Below, in pieces: positions 1-8,812 of a DNA stretch of 50,015 bases. Source of the stretch: Candidatus Velesiimonas alkalicola (GTDB lineage: Bacteria; Omnitrophota; Gorgyraeia; Velesiimonadales; Velesiimonadaceae); contig NDHX01000010.1 in NCBI GenBank assembly GCA_013626165.1, positions 1-50,015 of the forward strand, read 5' to 3'. Within the stretch, counting starts at the first letter, position 1, and every line of letters starts with the position of its first letter. Made by a program: the position numbers and the translations under genes. Under the pieces are notes generated by a model that was not told the origin of the DNA, did no database searches, and saw only the letters and a list, made by a program, of their open reading frames with translations.

Positions 1-682
1 ATATTTCAAAGTTTTCAATACCAAAACTCTCAAGCAATTCTGCCAAAGAAAATTCTTTGTGACTTTTTCTAAACAATTTTTTATTGGACTTAAAATACTC
101 TACAAAAATTCCAAACTTTTCAGAAGTCCAGATTTCTCGCCTTCCAGCCGTTCCCCCAGTATCTACTCTATTTTTAAGTTCAACCAACACCATCGTTTTT
201 TCATCTTGTATAATGCTTCCTACATCAGTACTTACATCCCTATTACCCAACCAATCCCATTCAATTGTTCTTAAAATTTTCTTTTCCTCTGATGACAGAC
301 CTTGTTGAGTAAAGATTCCTTTCTTTTTATGAAGAGATGGATATTCCAACCAAAATGGAAATTTACTAAGTTCTATGTCAAGAGAGCAAGTTTCAAAAGA
401 CGAGGCTATTTTCTTTTCAATATACTTCCCCCTACCTCCTTGGCTGTGATGATAATACGAAGTAACACCTAATAAAGCCTCATAATATTCTCTAATTTCA
501 GAAGGGACACTCAATAGCCCATCGTAAACTTTAGCTACAGGGTCAAAATCCTTAGCATTAACATCAATACATAACTCCTTAAAGTTTACCAGTATATTTT
601 TATATGGTTCATAAAGTAATATCCGGCCAAGGTCTAATTTTTCTTTCACCTTGACACAAAGAAGATTTCTTTTTGTAATCAT
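1..682 (-). CDS. Putative type II restriction endonuclease (PD-(D/E)xK fold), 3' end runs off the window
   Basis: Not in the ORF track because it has no stop in the window. My translation from the ATG at 682 is open to base 1: MITKRNLLCVKVKEKLDLGRILLYEPYK...DVSTDVGSIIQDEKTMVLVELKNRVDTGGTAGRREIW. It has a D...ELK motif and starts 2 bp after the methyltransferase stop. Confidence 0.7.
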   Translation of the reverse strand, partial: MITKRNLLCVKVKEKLDLGRILLYEPYKNILVNFKELCIDVNAKDFDPVAKVYDGLLSVPSEIREYYEALLGVTSYYHHSQGGRGKYIEKKIASSFETCSLDIELSKFPFWLEYPSLHKKKGIFTQQGLSSEEKKILRTIEWDWLGNRDVSTDVGSIIQDEKTMVLVELKNRVDTGGTAGRREIWTSEKFGIFVEYFKSNKKLFRKSHKEFSLAELLESFGIENFEI

Positions 683-684
683 AT

Positions 685-2010
685 TTATTTCCCCTTTTCA
701 CAAATTATTACACTTTCTCCTCTTATTGCCCTATTGCGAGCACCCAAGAGAGGATTGAATATTAACTTTTCAAATTTAAAACCCGCTTCTTCACAAAACT
801 TTTTAGTTGTCACAGTTGTCGGGATTTTTTTGCCATTAACGGTACTATCTCCAATTATGATTGCCAATTTACCACCGGGTTTTAATGCCCAAAAGATATT
901 TTTTATGGATTCTTTTAAGTCCTCATAATACATAGCAACCCTTGGAGGCAATCCGTTATAATTATTTTTAGGGTATCCACTATTTTTCATTCCCAAATAT
1001 TTTGATTCAATCTTTTTCATATCCGCACCTAAATAATCATAAGCAATCTTATCTTTCCCCACATAATCTATAGAAAAATAATAAGGCGGACTTGTAATGC
1101 AAGCATCAAACTTTTCTTCCATTTCACCGATGTTTTTAAGTTCAAGTATATCCCCTTCTATGATTTTGGCGGATTTAAATTTAAGTCCGTATTTCTCTTT
1201 AATCTCCATAGTCTTTTTATAGCAGTCTCTTAGGTAATTCAATTTTTCAATAAAGAGACCTACCTTCCCTTTCCTGTTATATCTCGAAGTCCTTACAAAG
1301 GCGTCAACCGTATCAAAATATACTGCCAACATTAACTTATGAATTAAAGGGTCGGAATGTTCCCATCTTCTATTTTCTATTGCCTGTAAAATATCTTGTA
1401 GTTCCTCTGGTACAAAATTCAATTTCTGTTCATCAATAAAAAGTAAATCATTTTTCAACTCAGATAAAACGATTCCCATCGGAGTAACATCTATGCCTAC
1501 ACTTTTAATTCCCATAAGAGAAGCCTCGTGTGTAGCAGTTCCAGAGCCATTGAAAGGGTCTAAGAGAAGTGAATTCTGCTTTAACTTGAAAACATTGATT
1601 AAAGTCCTCACTACCCGAGGATAAAATTTACCTTTGTAGGGATAAAGATTATGAAACGCATAAGCATTAGTATCGCCGAATTTATCCACTAATTCGGTAT
1701 AAAGGGTTGTTTTTCCTTTTACTTTTTCAAGATGGGCAATTCTTAATCTTATAAAATCATCATCGCCTTTGAAAGTAACCACTCTATTTACTGGGTCAAT
1801 AGTATATTCTTCCGTTAAACCCTGTAATTCCAAATCTAAAAATTCCAAATCGGCTAAGGTCTGCATCCAAAAGCCAAAAATTGTATCACCCTTGGGGACA
1901 ACATAGCTTGCAAATTCTTTAGCATAAGCATCCATTATCTCTTCGTAAGATGGAAGCTCATGAGTGCCAAACATGGTAGTTTGTTTTTTCGGTTCAGTGC
2001 TCTTAATCAT
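685..2010 (-). CDS. DNA amino-methyltransferase, probably N4-cytosine, alpha-type motif order
   Basis: Motif I LLDPFNGSGT precedes motif IV TSPPY; also HNLYPYKGKFYP. Paired with the nuclease-like ORF. Confidence 0.85.
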   Translation of the reverse strand: MIKSTEPKKQTTMFGTHELPSYEEIMDAYAKEFASYVVPKGDTIFGFWMQTLADLEFLDLELQGLTEEYTIDPVNRVVTFKGDDDFIRLRIAHLEKVKGKTTLYTELVDKFGDTNAYAFHNLYPYKGKFYPRVVRTLINVFKLKQNSLLLDPFNGSGTATHEASLMGIKSVGIDVTPMGIVLSELKNDLLFIDEQKLNFVPEELQDILQAIENRRWEHSDPLIHKLMLAVYFDTVDAFVRTSRYNRKGKVGLFIEKLNYLRDCYKKTMEIKEKYGLKFKSAKIIEGDILELKNIGEMEEKFDACITSPPYYFSIDYVGKDKIAYDYLGADMKKIESKYLGMKNSGYPKNNYNGLPPRVAMYYEDLKESIKNIFWALKPGGKLAIIIGDSTVNGKKIPTTVTTKKFCEEAGFKFEKLIFNPLLGARNRAIRGESVIICEKGK

Positions 2011-2095
2011 GTTTTTTCCTCATTTTAATATTTAATTTTCCCAATAACATCTTATTAAACTTTTCTTCCTTTTTCAAGCGACCAATGGCGTATAA

Positions 2096-3112
2096 CTAAA
2101 TATTGCTGAACTCTATAAGTTTATTTAATTTCCCGTAAGCCTTCCCCGAAGATATGGATTCCTGAGCGAGTCTTTTTGCATCCTCTATGTCTTGTGCTTT
2201 CCCGGCAGAGAGGATTGCAAATATACTGTTTGCAATTACGACATCTGTTTTGGCTCCTTTTTCACCTGATAGTATTGCTTTTATTATTTCTGCACAGGTT
2301 CTTGCATCTGCACCTTCTATATCTTTTATAGCGCACCTTTTAATTCCAATCTGTTCAGGTGTTATGGTATATGTGTTAACAGAGTTTTCTTTTAATTCGG
2401 AAATCTGTGTTCTTCCTGTAATAGAAACCTCATCAACACCATCATCTGTTCCATATACCACATATGCTCTTTTGGATTTAAGATTTTTTAAAACACCCGC
2501 CATAACGGGGGTAAGTTTCTGCTCATAAACACCTAAAAGCTGGGCATTCGCATTTGCAGGATTTGAAAGAGGACCAAGCGCATTGAATATTGTTCTTATT
2601 CCTATCTCTTTTCTGGGAGGCATCGCATACTTCATAGCAGGATGATAAAGCGGTGCAAACATAAAACACATACCAACCTTTTTTAGACATTCGGCTGACC
2701 TTTCAATCGGCATCTGTATGTTCACACCAAGCGCCTCAAGCACATCTGCACTACCGCTTCTGCTTGTTACTGCCCTGTTGCCATGTTTTGCAACATATAT
2801 ACCGCATCCTGCGGCAACAAATGCAACAGCAGTAGATATGTTAAATGTGCTTGTTTTTCCCCCTCCTGTTCCGCAGGTATCAAGTATTATGTCATTGACA
2901 GGTGTCTGAACCTTATATGAACACGAACGCATAGAAAGCGCAGCCCCTGTAATCTCATCAACTGTTTCGCCCTTCATTCTTAATGCTGTTATAAAAGATG
3001 CAATCTGAGAAGGGGTTGCTTCTGCTTTCATAATCTCATTAAATATCTGATATACTTGCTCTTGTGTAAGGTTTTCAAATTCTACGAGTTTTTGTATGCC
3101 CTCTTTTATCAT
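2096..3112 (-). CDS. trpD: Anthranilate phosphoribosyltransferase
   Basis: DTCGTGG, KHGNRAVTSRSGSADVLEALG, FNALGPLSNPA motifs. Confidence 0.97.
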   Translation of the reverse strand: MIKEGIQKLVEFENLTQEQVYQIFNEIMKAEATPSQIASFITALRMKGETVDEITGAALSMRSCSYKVQTPVNDIILDTCGTGGGKTSTFNISTAVAFVAAGCGIYVAKHGNRAVTSRSGSADVLEALGVNIQMPIERSAECLKKVGMCFMFAPLYHPAMKYAMPPRKEIGIRTIFNALGPLSNPANANAQLLGVYEQKLTPVMAGVLKNLKSKRAYVVYGTDDGVDEVSITGRTQISELKENSVNTYTITPEQIGIKRCAIKDIEGADARTCAEIIKAILSGEKGAKTDVVIANSIFAILSAGKAQDIEDAKRLAQESISSGKAYGKLNKLIEFSNI

Positions 3113-3157
3113 AATAAATCCTTTTATATAAAACGCATTAAATACTTGCGTTTTATT

Positions 3158-3267
3158 GATTACACAGATTTTTGAAAGATTACACCGATTTTGTCGTCGG
3201 AGTTTAATCTGTGTAATCAGTTTTAATCTGCGTAATCAGAGATTGTTGGGGTTTTTCAACAATCTCT
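3158..3267. repeat. GATTACACAGATT nested palindrome followed by a second hairpin
   Basis: GATTACACAGATT 3158-3170, GATTACACCGATT 3178-3190, inverted AATCTGTGTAATC 3206-3218 and AATCTGCGTAATC 3225-3237, then AGAGATTGTTG-N8-CAACAATCTCT 3238-3267. Confidence 0.9.
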
Positions 3268-3301
3268 TATCTGAGTTCTTTTAAAGTTTTTTCGGCGTTT
3301 T

Positions 3302-3700
3302 TCACCATCTGCCGCCTTTTTTTTCATACCTCTTGCCTCTGTCTTCAATATCATTATAATAGTTATCCCAGAACGAACTTTTTATTCCCCTTTTTTTATG
3401 TTGCTGTGCTTTTTTTTGCATATCTGTTCCGAGTTTTATCCAGAAATATCCGTCCCTTAATCCTACCTTTGCCTGTTTTATCTTTTCTTTATCCGTCGGC
3501 TGCAACATCTTCATTCTTTCTTTATTGTATTCTTCGGCATACTGCCCCGTAATTTTTCCCTCCAGAGCCTGTGAAAGAGGGTCGGTTTTTAGCGCACCCC
3601 ACTTTGTAATAAGATACAGCGCAAACACAAGTGCAGCAAATACTATAAGAAGAAGCCAGGTACTTGTGTCGCTTTTGATATTTTTATTATAAAATTTCAT
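3302..3700 (-). CDS. Hypothetical single-pass membrane protein
   Basis: 132 aa, hydrophobic segment WLLLIVFAALVFALYLI, tightly coupled downstream of trpG. Confidence 0.6.
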   Translation of the reverse strand: MKFYNKNIKSDTSTWLLLIVFAALVFALYLITKWGALKTDPLSQALEGKITGQYAEEYNKERMKMLQPTDKEKIKQAKVGLRDGYFWIKLGTDMQKKAQQHKKRGIKSSFWDNYYNDIEDRGKRYEKKGGRW

Positions 3701-3703
3701 ACC

Positions 3704-4273
3704 TTACTTGTTTAATTTCAAAAAATTCTTTAACACACTTTTCCCAACCTTTGTAAGTATGGACTCAGGATGAAACTGGACACCCCATATCGGGAATTCC
3801 TTGTGTTTCAATCCCATTATTTCCCCTTCTTTTGTCCATGCAGTTATCGTTAAAACAGAAGGCAGTGTTTCTCTTTTTACAATAAGTGAATGGTATCTTG
3901 TTGCCTCAAATGGGTTTTCTATTTTTTTAAATAAATCCTTTCCATCGTGATAAATTTTTGATGTTTTTCCATGCACAGGTTTTTTTGCTCTTACAACTTC
4001 TCCTCCAAAGACCTCTCCTATACACTGATGTCCCAAACATACACCGAGTATGGGTATGTTCTTGCCCAATTCTCTTATTGCATCACAGGAAATTCCTGAC
4101 TGTTTCGGGGTGCAAGGACCGGAAGATATTACAATGCCGGCTGGCTTTAATAATGCAATATTTTTTACGGTTATCACATCGTTTCTAAACACCTTCAGTT
4201 TTTGTCCTAATTCACCGAAATACTGGACAAGGTTGTATGTAAATGAATCATAGTTGTCTATCATTATAAGCAT
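3704..4273 (-). CDS. trpG: Anthranilate synthase component II (glutamine amidotransferase)
   Basis: [28 protein letters not shown]; adjacent to trpE. Confidence 0.93.
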   Translation of the reverse strand: MLIMIDNYDSFTYNLVQYFGELGQKLKVFRNDVITVKNIALLKPAGIVISSGPCTPKQSGISCDAIRELGKNIPILGVCLGHQCIGEVFGGEVVRAKKPVHGKTSKIYHDGKDLFKKIENPFEATRYHSLIVKRETLPSVLTITAWTKEGEIMGLKHKEFPIWGVQFHPESILTKVGKSVLKNFLKLNK

Positions 4274-4277
4274 ATTA

Positions 4278-5750
4278 TTATTCTAACCCTTCGTTTGCAA
4301 TTTTTATTGCCTTTAACATTGCCTCTGCCTTATTCACTGTTTCATAGTATTCTTTTGAAGGAACAGAGTCTGCAACAATACCGGCGCCTGCCTGCACATA
4401 AGCCCTGTTATTCTTTATTATTGCTGTTCTTATTGCAATACAGGTATCAAGATTTCCCGAAAAACTAAAATAACCTATGCAACCCGCATAAAGGCCGCGT
4501 CGGACATTTTCAAGTTCTTCAATAATTTCCATTGCCCTTATTTTGGGAGCACCACTTACAGTCCCTGCGGGAAATGTAGCCTTTACCACATCTATAAGTG
4601 TTTTGCCTTTTAAAAGTTCCCCTTTACAATCACTTACAATATGCATAACATGTGAATATTTTTCAATAACCATAAACTCAAGTGTTTTTACCGAACCATA
4701 CCTGCATATTCTTCCAATATCATTTCTCCCTAAATCAACAAGCATAATATGTTCGGCACATTCTTTCGGGTCATTCAGCAGTTCTTTTTCAAGTCTTTTA
4801 TCTTTTGCCTCGCTCAGCCCGCGCGGTCTTGTTCCAGCAATGGGCCTTACCTCTACAATTTTGTTTTCACATCTTACAAAAACCTCAGGGGAAGCACCAA
4901 CAATATTTACCTGCGGCATTTTTATATAATACATATACGGAGAAGGATTAACCGAACGAAGCGCTCTGTAAATATCAAAAGGCGGGCATTTGACAGGCGT
5001 CTCAAACCTCTGTGAAAGAACAATCTGAATTGCATCTCCTGCATTTATATAAGCCTTTGCTTTTCTTACCTGTTTCTCAAAACTCTTTTTTGTAAAATTT
5101 GCCTTCACTTTGGCATTTGTAATTTTTATTGAATGTGTAGTTTTAAGATACAGGGGTTTTCTTAATCTTTGTATTATTATATCTATTTTTTTTATGGCAT
5201 TATTATAGGTCTCATCAGGGTTTTTATCTGTATATGCAAGGCAGACTATCTTTATTTTGTGGTCTATATGGTCAAATATAAGGATGGTATCTGTTAACAT
5301 AAAGACACAGTCCGGCAGATTCAGTGTGTCCTGATTTTTTTCTGGTAATTTTTCAAAGGTTCTTACCATATCATACCCTATATATCCTACAAGTCCGCCG
5401 CAAAAACGAGGGAGTGTGCCAGAAGAAACAAACTTATAGACAGACATTAAACTTATAATTGTTTTCAAAGGGTCGGCAGTTTTAACCTGCGTTTTTTTGC
5501 CTCTTTTTTCAAATATAACTGTATCTTTATAAGAATATGCCATAAGTGAGGGTTGTGTTCCGATGAACGAATATCTTGCAATCTTCTCTGCACCCTCAAC
5601 AGACTCAAGAAGATAACTAAACCGGGATCTGTCAATTTTTAAGAATGCAGATACAGGGGTTTCAAGGTCTGCAACAATCTCTCTATAAACAGGTATAAGA
5701 TTTCCCTGTCTTGAAAGTTTTAAGAACTCTTTCCTTTCCGGATATATCAT
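4278..5750 (-). CDS. trpE: Anthranilate synthase component I
   Basis: [47 protein letters not shown] motifs. Confidence 0.96.
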   Translation of the reverse strand: MIYPERKEFLKLSRQGNLIPVYREIVADLETPVSAFLKIDRSRFSYLLESVEGAEKIARYSFIGTQPSLMAYSYKDTVIFEKRGKKTQVKTADPLKTIISLMSVYKFVSSGTLPRFCGGLVGYIGYDMVRTFEKLPEKNQDTLNLPDCVFMLTDTILIFDHIDHKIKIVCLAYTDKNPDETYNNAIKKIDIIIQRLRKPLYLKTTHSIKITNAKVKANFTKKSFEKQVRKAKAYINAGDAIQIVLSQRFETPVKCPPFDIYRALRSVNPSPYMYYIKMPQVNIVGASPEVFVRCENKIVEVRPIAGTRPRGLSEAKDKRLEKELLNDPKECAEHIMLVDLGRNDIGRICRYGSVKTLEFMVIEKYSHVMHIVSDCKGELLKGKTLIDVVKATFPAGTVSGAPKIRAMEIIEELENVRRGLYAGCIGYFSFSGNLDTCIAIRTAIIKNNRAYVQAGAGIVADSVPSKEYYETVNKAEAMLKAIKIANEGLE

Positions 5751-5752
5751 TT

Positions 5753-6058
5753 TTACCTTAATAATGAACCTATATCAACGTCGCCTGTGATTTTTTTTAT
5801 TTTTGCCATTGCTATATCCTGTACTTTTTTCAAGGCTTCTTGAAAACATTCTTTTATTGCCTGCTCTAAAATGTGCTTGTTATCTTGTGAAAGAACAGAT
5901 CGATCTATTGTCACATCTTGAACCTTATAATCAGCGCTTATGACAACCTTTATCTTCCCATCAAGACGGACTGCTTCTGTTCTTGAACTTGCAAGTTCTT
6001 TCTGTATCTCTCTTGCTTTTTTTTGCATCTCCATTGCCTGTTTTATCTTATCAAACAT
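5753..6058 (-). CDS. ybaB: YbaB/EbfC nucleoid-associated protein
   Basis: 101 aa with the typical family pattern (MQKKAREIQKEL...GKIKVVISADYKVQDVTID); SD GGAGG upstream. Confidence 0.8.
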   Translation of the reverse strand: MFDKIKQAMEMQKKAREIQKELASSRTEAVRLDGKIKVVISADYKVQDVTIDRSVLSQDNKHILEQAIKECFQEALKKVQDIAMAKIKKITGDVDIGSLLR

Positions 6059-6206
6059 TTTTCCTCCTCTATTTTAGCCTTCTCTTGTTTCTGCTTTTTT
6101 GTCTGACATCTTTAAGATTTTTCCCCCTACCTACTACATATCAAATTAGCTTACCGGGCGCAACGATAGAAACACTCCGGTGCAATGCCTTGTTGAACCA
6201 GATAGG

Positions 6207-6431
6207 CTAAATCATGCTCACTACTTCGACACTAAGCCGATCTTTCACGTGATGCTCCGTAGACAGGTAGTGGTCAATGGCATCAAGAATGGTGGCATGA
6301 AAATAACGCTCACCGCATTCAATGCATACTTCCGCCTCTACGTTCTCAACGATATAAAGATGGCCACGCAGCCAATGCTGGCGTTTAACCTTCTTTTTTT
6401 CGGTGCCACCACCGCAAAACTCGCAAATCAT
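6207..6431 (-). CDS. YgiT/MqsA-type zinc finger protein (antitoxin-like)
   Basis: CEFCG...IVENVEAEVCIECGERYF, two CxxC pairs, 74 aa. Confidence 0.85.
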   Translation of the reverse strand: MICEFCGGGTEKKKVKRQHWLRGHLYIVENVEAEVCIECGERYFHATILDAIDHYLSTEHHVKDRLSVEVVSMI

Positions 6432-6437
6432 AGATCC

Positions 6438-6563
6438 TCAAGTTAACGTGTATACTGTGATAATAATGACGTCGGCATTCTTCTTAAACCTACATATCAC
6501 GTGAATTGAAAGGTAGTATGCACGATCGATAATCTTCTGCCGAATTGTTTGAATTCTTGCCAC
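6438..6563 (-). pseudogene. DUF4258-family toxin-like gene with an apparent internal in-frame deletion
   Basis: My translation from GTG 6563: MARIQTIRQKIIDRAYYLSIHVICRFKKNADVIIITVYTLT (41 aa). It looks like the N- and C-terminal parts of DUF4258 joined directly, and lies immediately upstream of the zinc finger gene. Confidence 0.65.
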
Positions 6564-6613
6564 CAATCCTTGATCAGGCCCAACAAAAACTTCGCCTCTG
6601 AAGGCTCCACCTC

Positions 6614-7843
6614 TCAGGCGTCATCAGGCAGGTTATCTGCTATTGTTCTCACCCTTGCCCATGCTTTTAGCCTTATTGCATTTAAGTTTATAAATCCTTC
6701 TGCATCTTTTTGGTTGTATGCGCCCTTGTCAGATTCCATAGTAGCAATCCTGGGATTGTATAACGAAAAAACTGATTTTCTTCCTGCTAAGATAATATTT
6801 CCTTTATAAAGTTTTAGCCGAACAGTTCCAGTCACATTTTTTTGTGTGCAATCAATAAAGGACTGTAGAGCAATCCTTTCGGGACTGAACCAAAACCCGT
6901 AGTATATAAGTTCTGAGTACTTTGGTATCAGGCTATCTTTCAAGTGCATAATCTCCCTGTCTTGTGTAAGGGTTTCTATCTGCCTGTGTGCAAAATGAAG
7001 TATTGCACCACCAGGGGTTTCATATACGCCTCTGCTTTTCATACCCACAAATCTATTTTCTATTGTGTCTGTTCTACCAATGCCATTTTTCCCACCAATT
7101 TTGTTTAAATTTTTTATTATGTTTGCTGGTGATATTTTTTTATTATTTAAGGCAATACAATTGCCGTCCTCAAAATCAAGTGTAATATGTTCAAATCTAT
7201 CAGGGGCATCTTGCGGTGATACTGAAAGTATGAATATATCTTCAGGAGGCTCATTCCAGGGATCTTCAAGAATACCGCTTTCATATGATATATGAAGAAG
7301 GTTCCTATCCGTTGAATATGGTTTTTGTTTCGTTACAGGAACGGCAATGTTATGTGTTTTGGCATATCCTATAAGGTCTTTTCTTCCCCTGAATTCCCAT
7401 TCTCTCCAGGGGGCGATAATCTTTATATCGGGTTTTAAGGCATAATATGTAAATTCAAATCTGCACTGGTCATTTCCTTTCCCTGTAGCACCATGTGCTA
7501 CGGCATCTGCTTTTTCGGCTTTTGCAATTTCAATCTGTTTTTTTGCAATCAAAGGCCTTGCAATAGATGTTCCTAAATAATACTGATTTTCATATATAGC
7601 ACCGGCTCTTATCATAGGAAATATAAAATCTCCTGCGAACTCTTCAACAAGGTCTAATATATAACACCTGTCTGCACCTGTTTTTATTGCCTTTTCTTTC
7701 AACCCCTTTAATTCTTCTTCCTGCCCTACATCGGCGCAAAAGGCTATAATTTCTGCATTATATTTCTCTTTTAACCACTTTAATATCACAGATGTATCAA
7801 GCCCACCCGAATATGCAAGAACAATTTTTTTAATCTTCTCCAT
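6614..7843 (-). CDS. argG: Argininosuccinate synthase
   Basis: [31 protein letters not shown]. Confidence 0.97.
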   Translation of the reverse strand: MEKIKKIVLAYSGGLDTSVILKWLKEKYNAEIIAFCADVGQEEELKGLKEKAIKTGADRCYILDLVEEFAGDFIFPMIRAGAIYENQYYLGTSIARPLIAKKQIEIAKAEKADAVAHGATGKGNDQCRFEFTYYALKPDIKIIAPWREWEFRGRKDLIGYAKTHNIAVPVTKQKPYSTDRNLLHISYESGILEDPWNEPPEDIFILSVSPQDAPDRFEHITLDFEDGNCIALNNKKISPANIIKNLNKIGGKNGIGRTDTIENRFVGMKSRGVYETPGGAILHFAHRQIETLTQDREIMHLKDSLIPKYSELIYYGFWFSPERIALQSFIDCTQKNVTGTVRLKLYKGNIILAGRKSVFSLYNPRIATMESDKGAYNQKDAEGFINLNAIRLKAWARVRTIADNLPDDA

Positions 7844-7867
7844 AATTTTCCTTTTTTATTTGACAGG

Positions 7868-8791
7868 TTATCTGGTCTTTGCCATCAATATGGCAAGTAT
7901 AGCCTTCTGGACATGGAGTCTATTTTCTGCCTGTTCAAACACCACAGACTGACGCCCCTCTATAACCCAATCTGTTATTTCTTCCTCTCTGTGCGCTGGA
8001 AGACAGTGCATAACCCTGCAGGTTGGTCTTGCAAGTTTTAAGATTTGTGCATTAACTTGAAAATCCTTGAATGCTTTTTTTCTTGCCTCAACCTGTTTTT
8101 CCATTCCCATACTTGTCCATACATCAGTATATAAAAAGTCTGACATCAGTGCAGCTTCTTTTGGGTTATTTGTAAGGACAATCCTTGACTTATGTTTGGT
8201 GGCAATCTTTTTAACATCTTTCACAATATCACTCATCGGTTCATACCCACAAGGGGTGGCGCATACTATATTTATACCCATATATGCACAGCCATAAAGA
8301 AGAGAATGAAGAACATTATTTCCGTCTCCTATCCATCCTAAACTAAGCCCTTTTAACTTTCTTCTTAACCTTAACATAGTAAATATATCCCCGAGTGCCT
8401 GACAGGGATGTTCCCTGTCGCTTAGTGCATTTACAACAGGAACACTTGAATATTCAGCCATCTGTTCAATATCATTATGAGAAAAAACCCTCGCTACAAT
8501 ACAGTGTGCGTATCTTGAAACGACCCTCGCAATGTCTTTTACCTCCTCTCTTTGCCCTATACCCACTTCTTCAGGACCAAGATAGACAGGAAATCCTCCA
8601 AGTTCTTTTATACCGATAGCAAATGAAATACGGGTTCTTGTAGATGGTTTTTGAAATATAAGAACCACCGATTTATCTTCAAGAATATTCTTGTACATAA
8701 ACCTGTTTGTTTTAAGTTTTTCTGCAATTACAAAAATTTTCTCTATATTTTCCTTATCCATATCCTTCAAACTTAAAAAGTCTTTTTTCAA
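7868..8791 (-). CDS. argF: Ornithine carbamoyltransferase
   Basis: STRTRISF, HPCQALGD, MHCLPAHR. Confidence 0.96.
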   Translation of the reverse strand: MKKDFLSLKDMDKENIEKIFVIAEKLKTNRFMYKNILEDKSVVLIFQKPSTRTRISFAIGIKELGGFPVYLGPEEVGIGQREEVKDIARVVSRYAHCIVARVFSHNDIEQMAEYSSVPVVNALSDREHPCQALGDIFTMLRLRRKLKGLSLGWIGDGNNVLHSLLYGCAYMGINIVCATPCGYEPMSDIVKDVKKIATKHKSRIVLTNNPKEAALMSDFLYTDVWTSMGMEKQVEARKKAFKDFQVNAQILKLARPTCRVMHCLPAHREEEITDWVIEGRQSVVFEQAENRLHVQKAILAILMAKTR

Positions 8792-8812
8792 CCCTACCCC
8801 CTTTTTTTGTGC

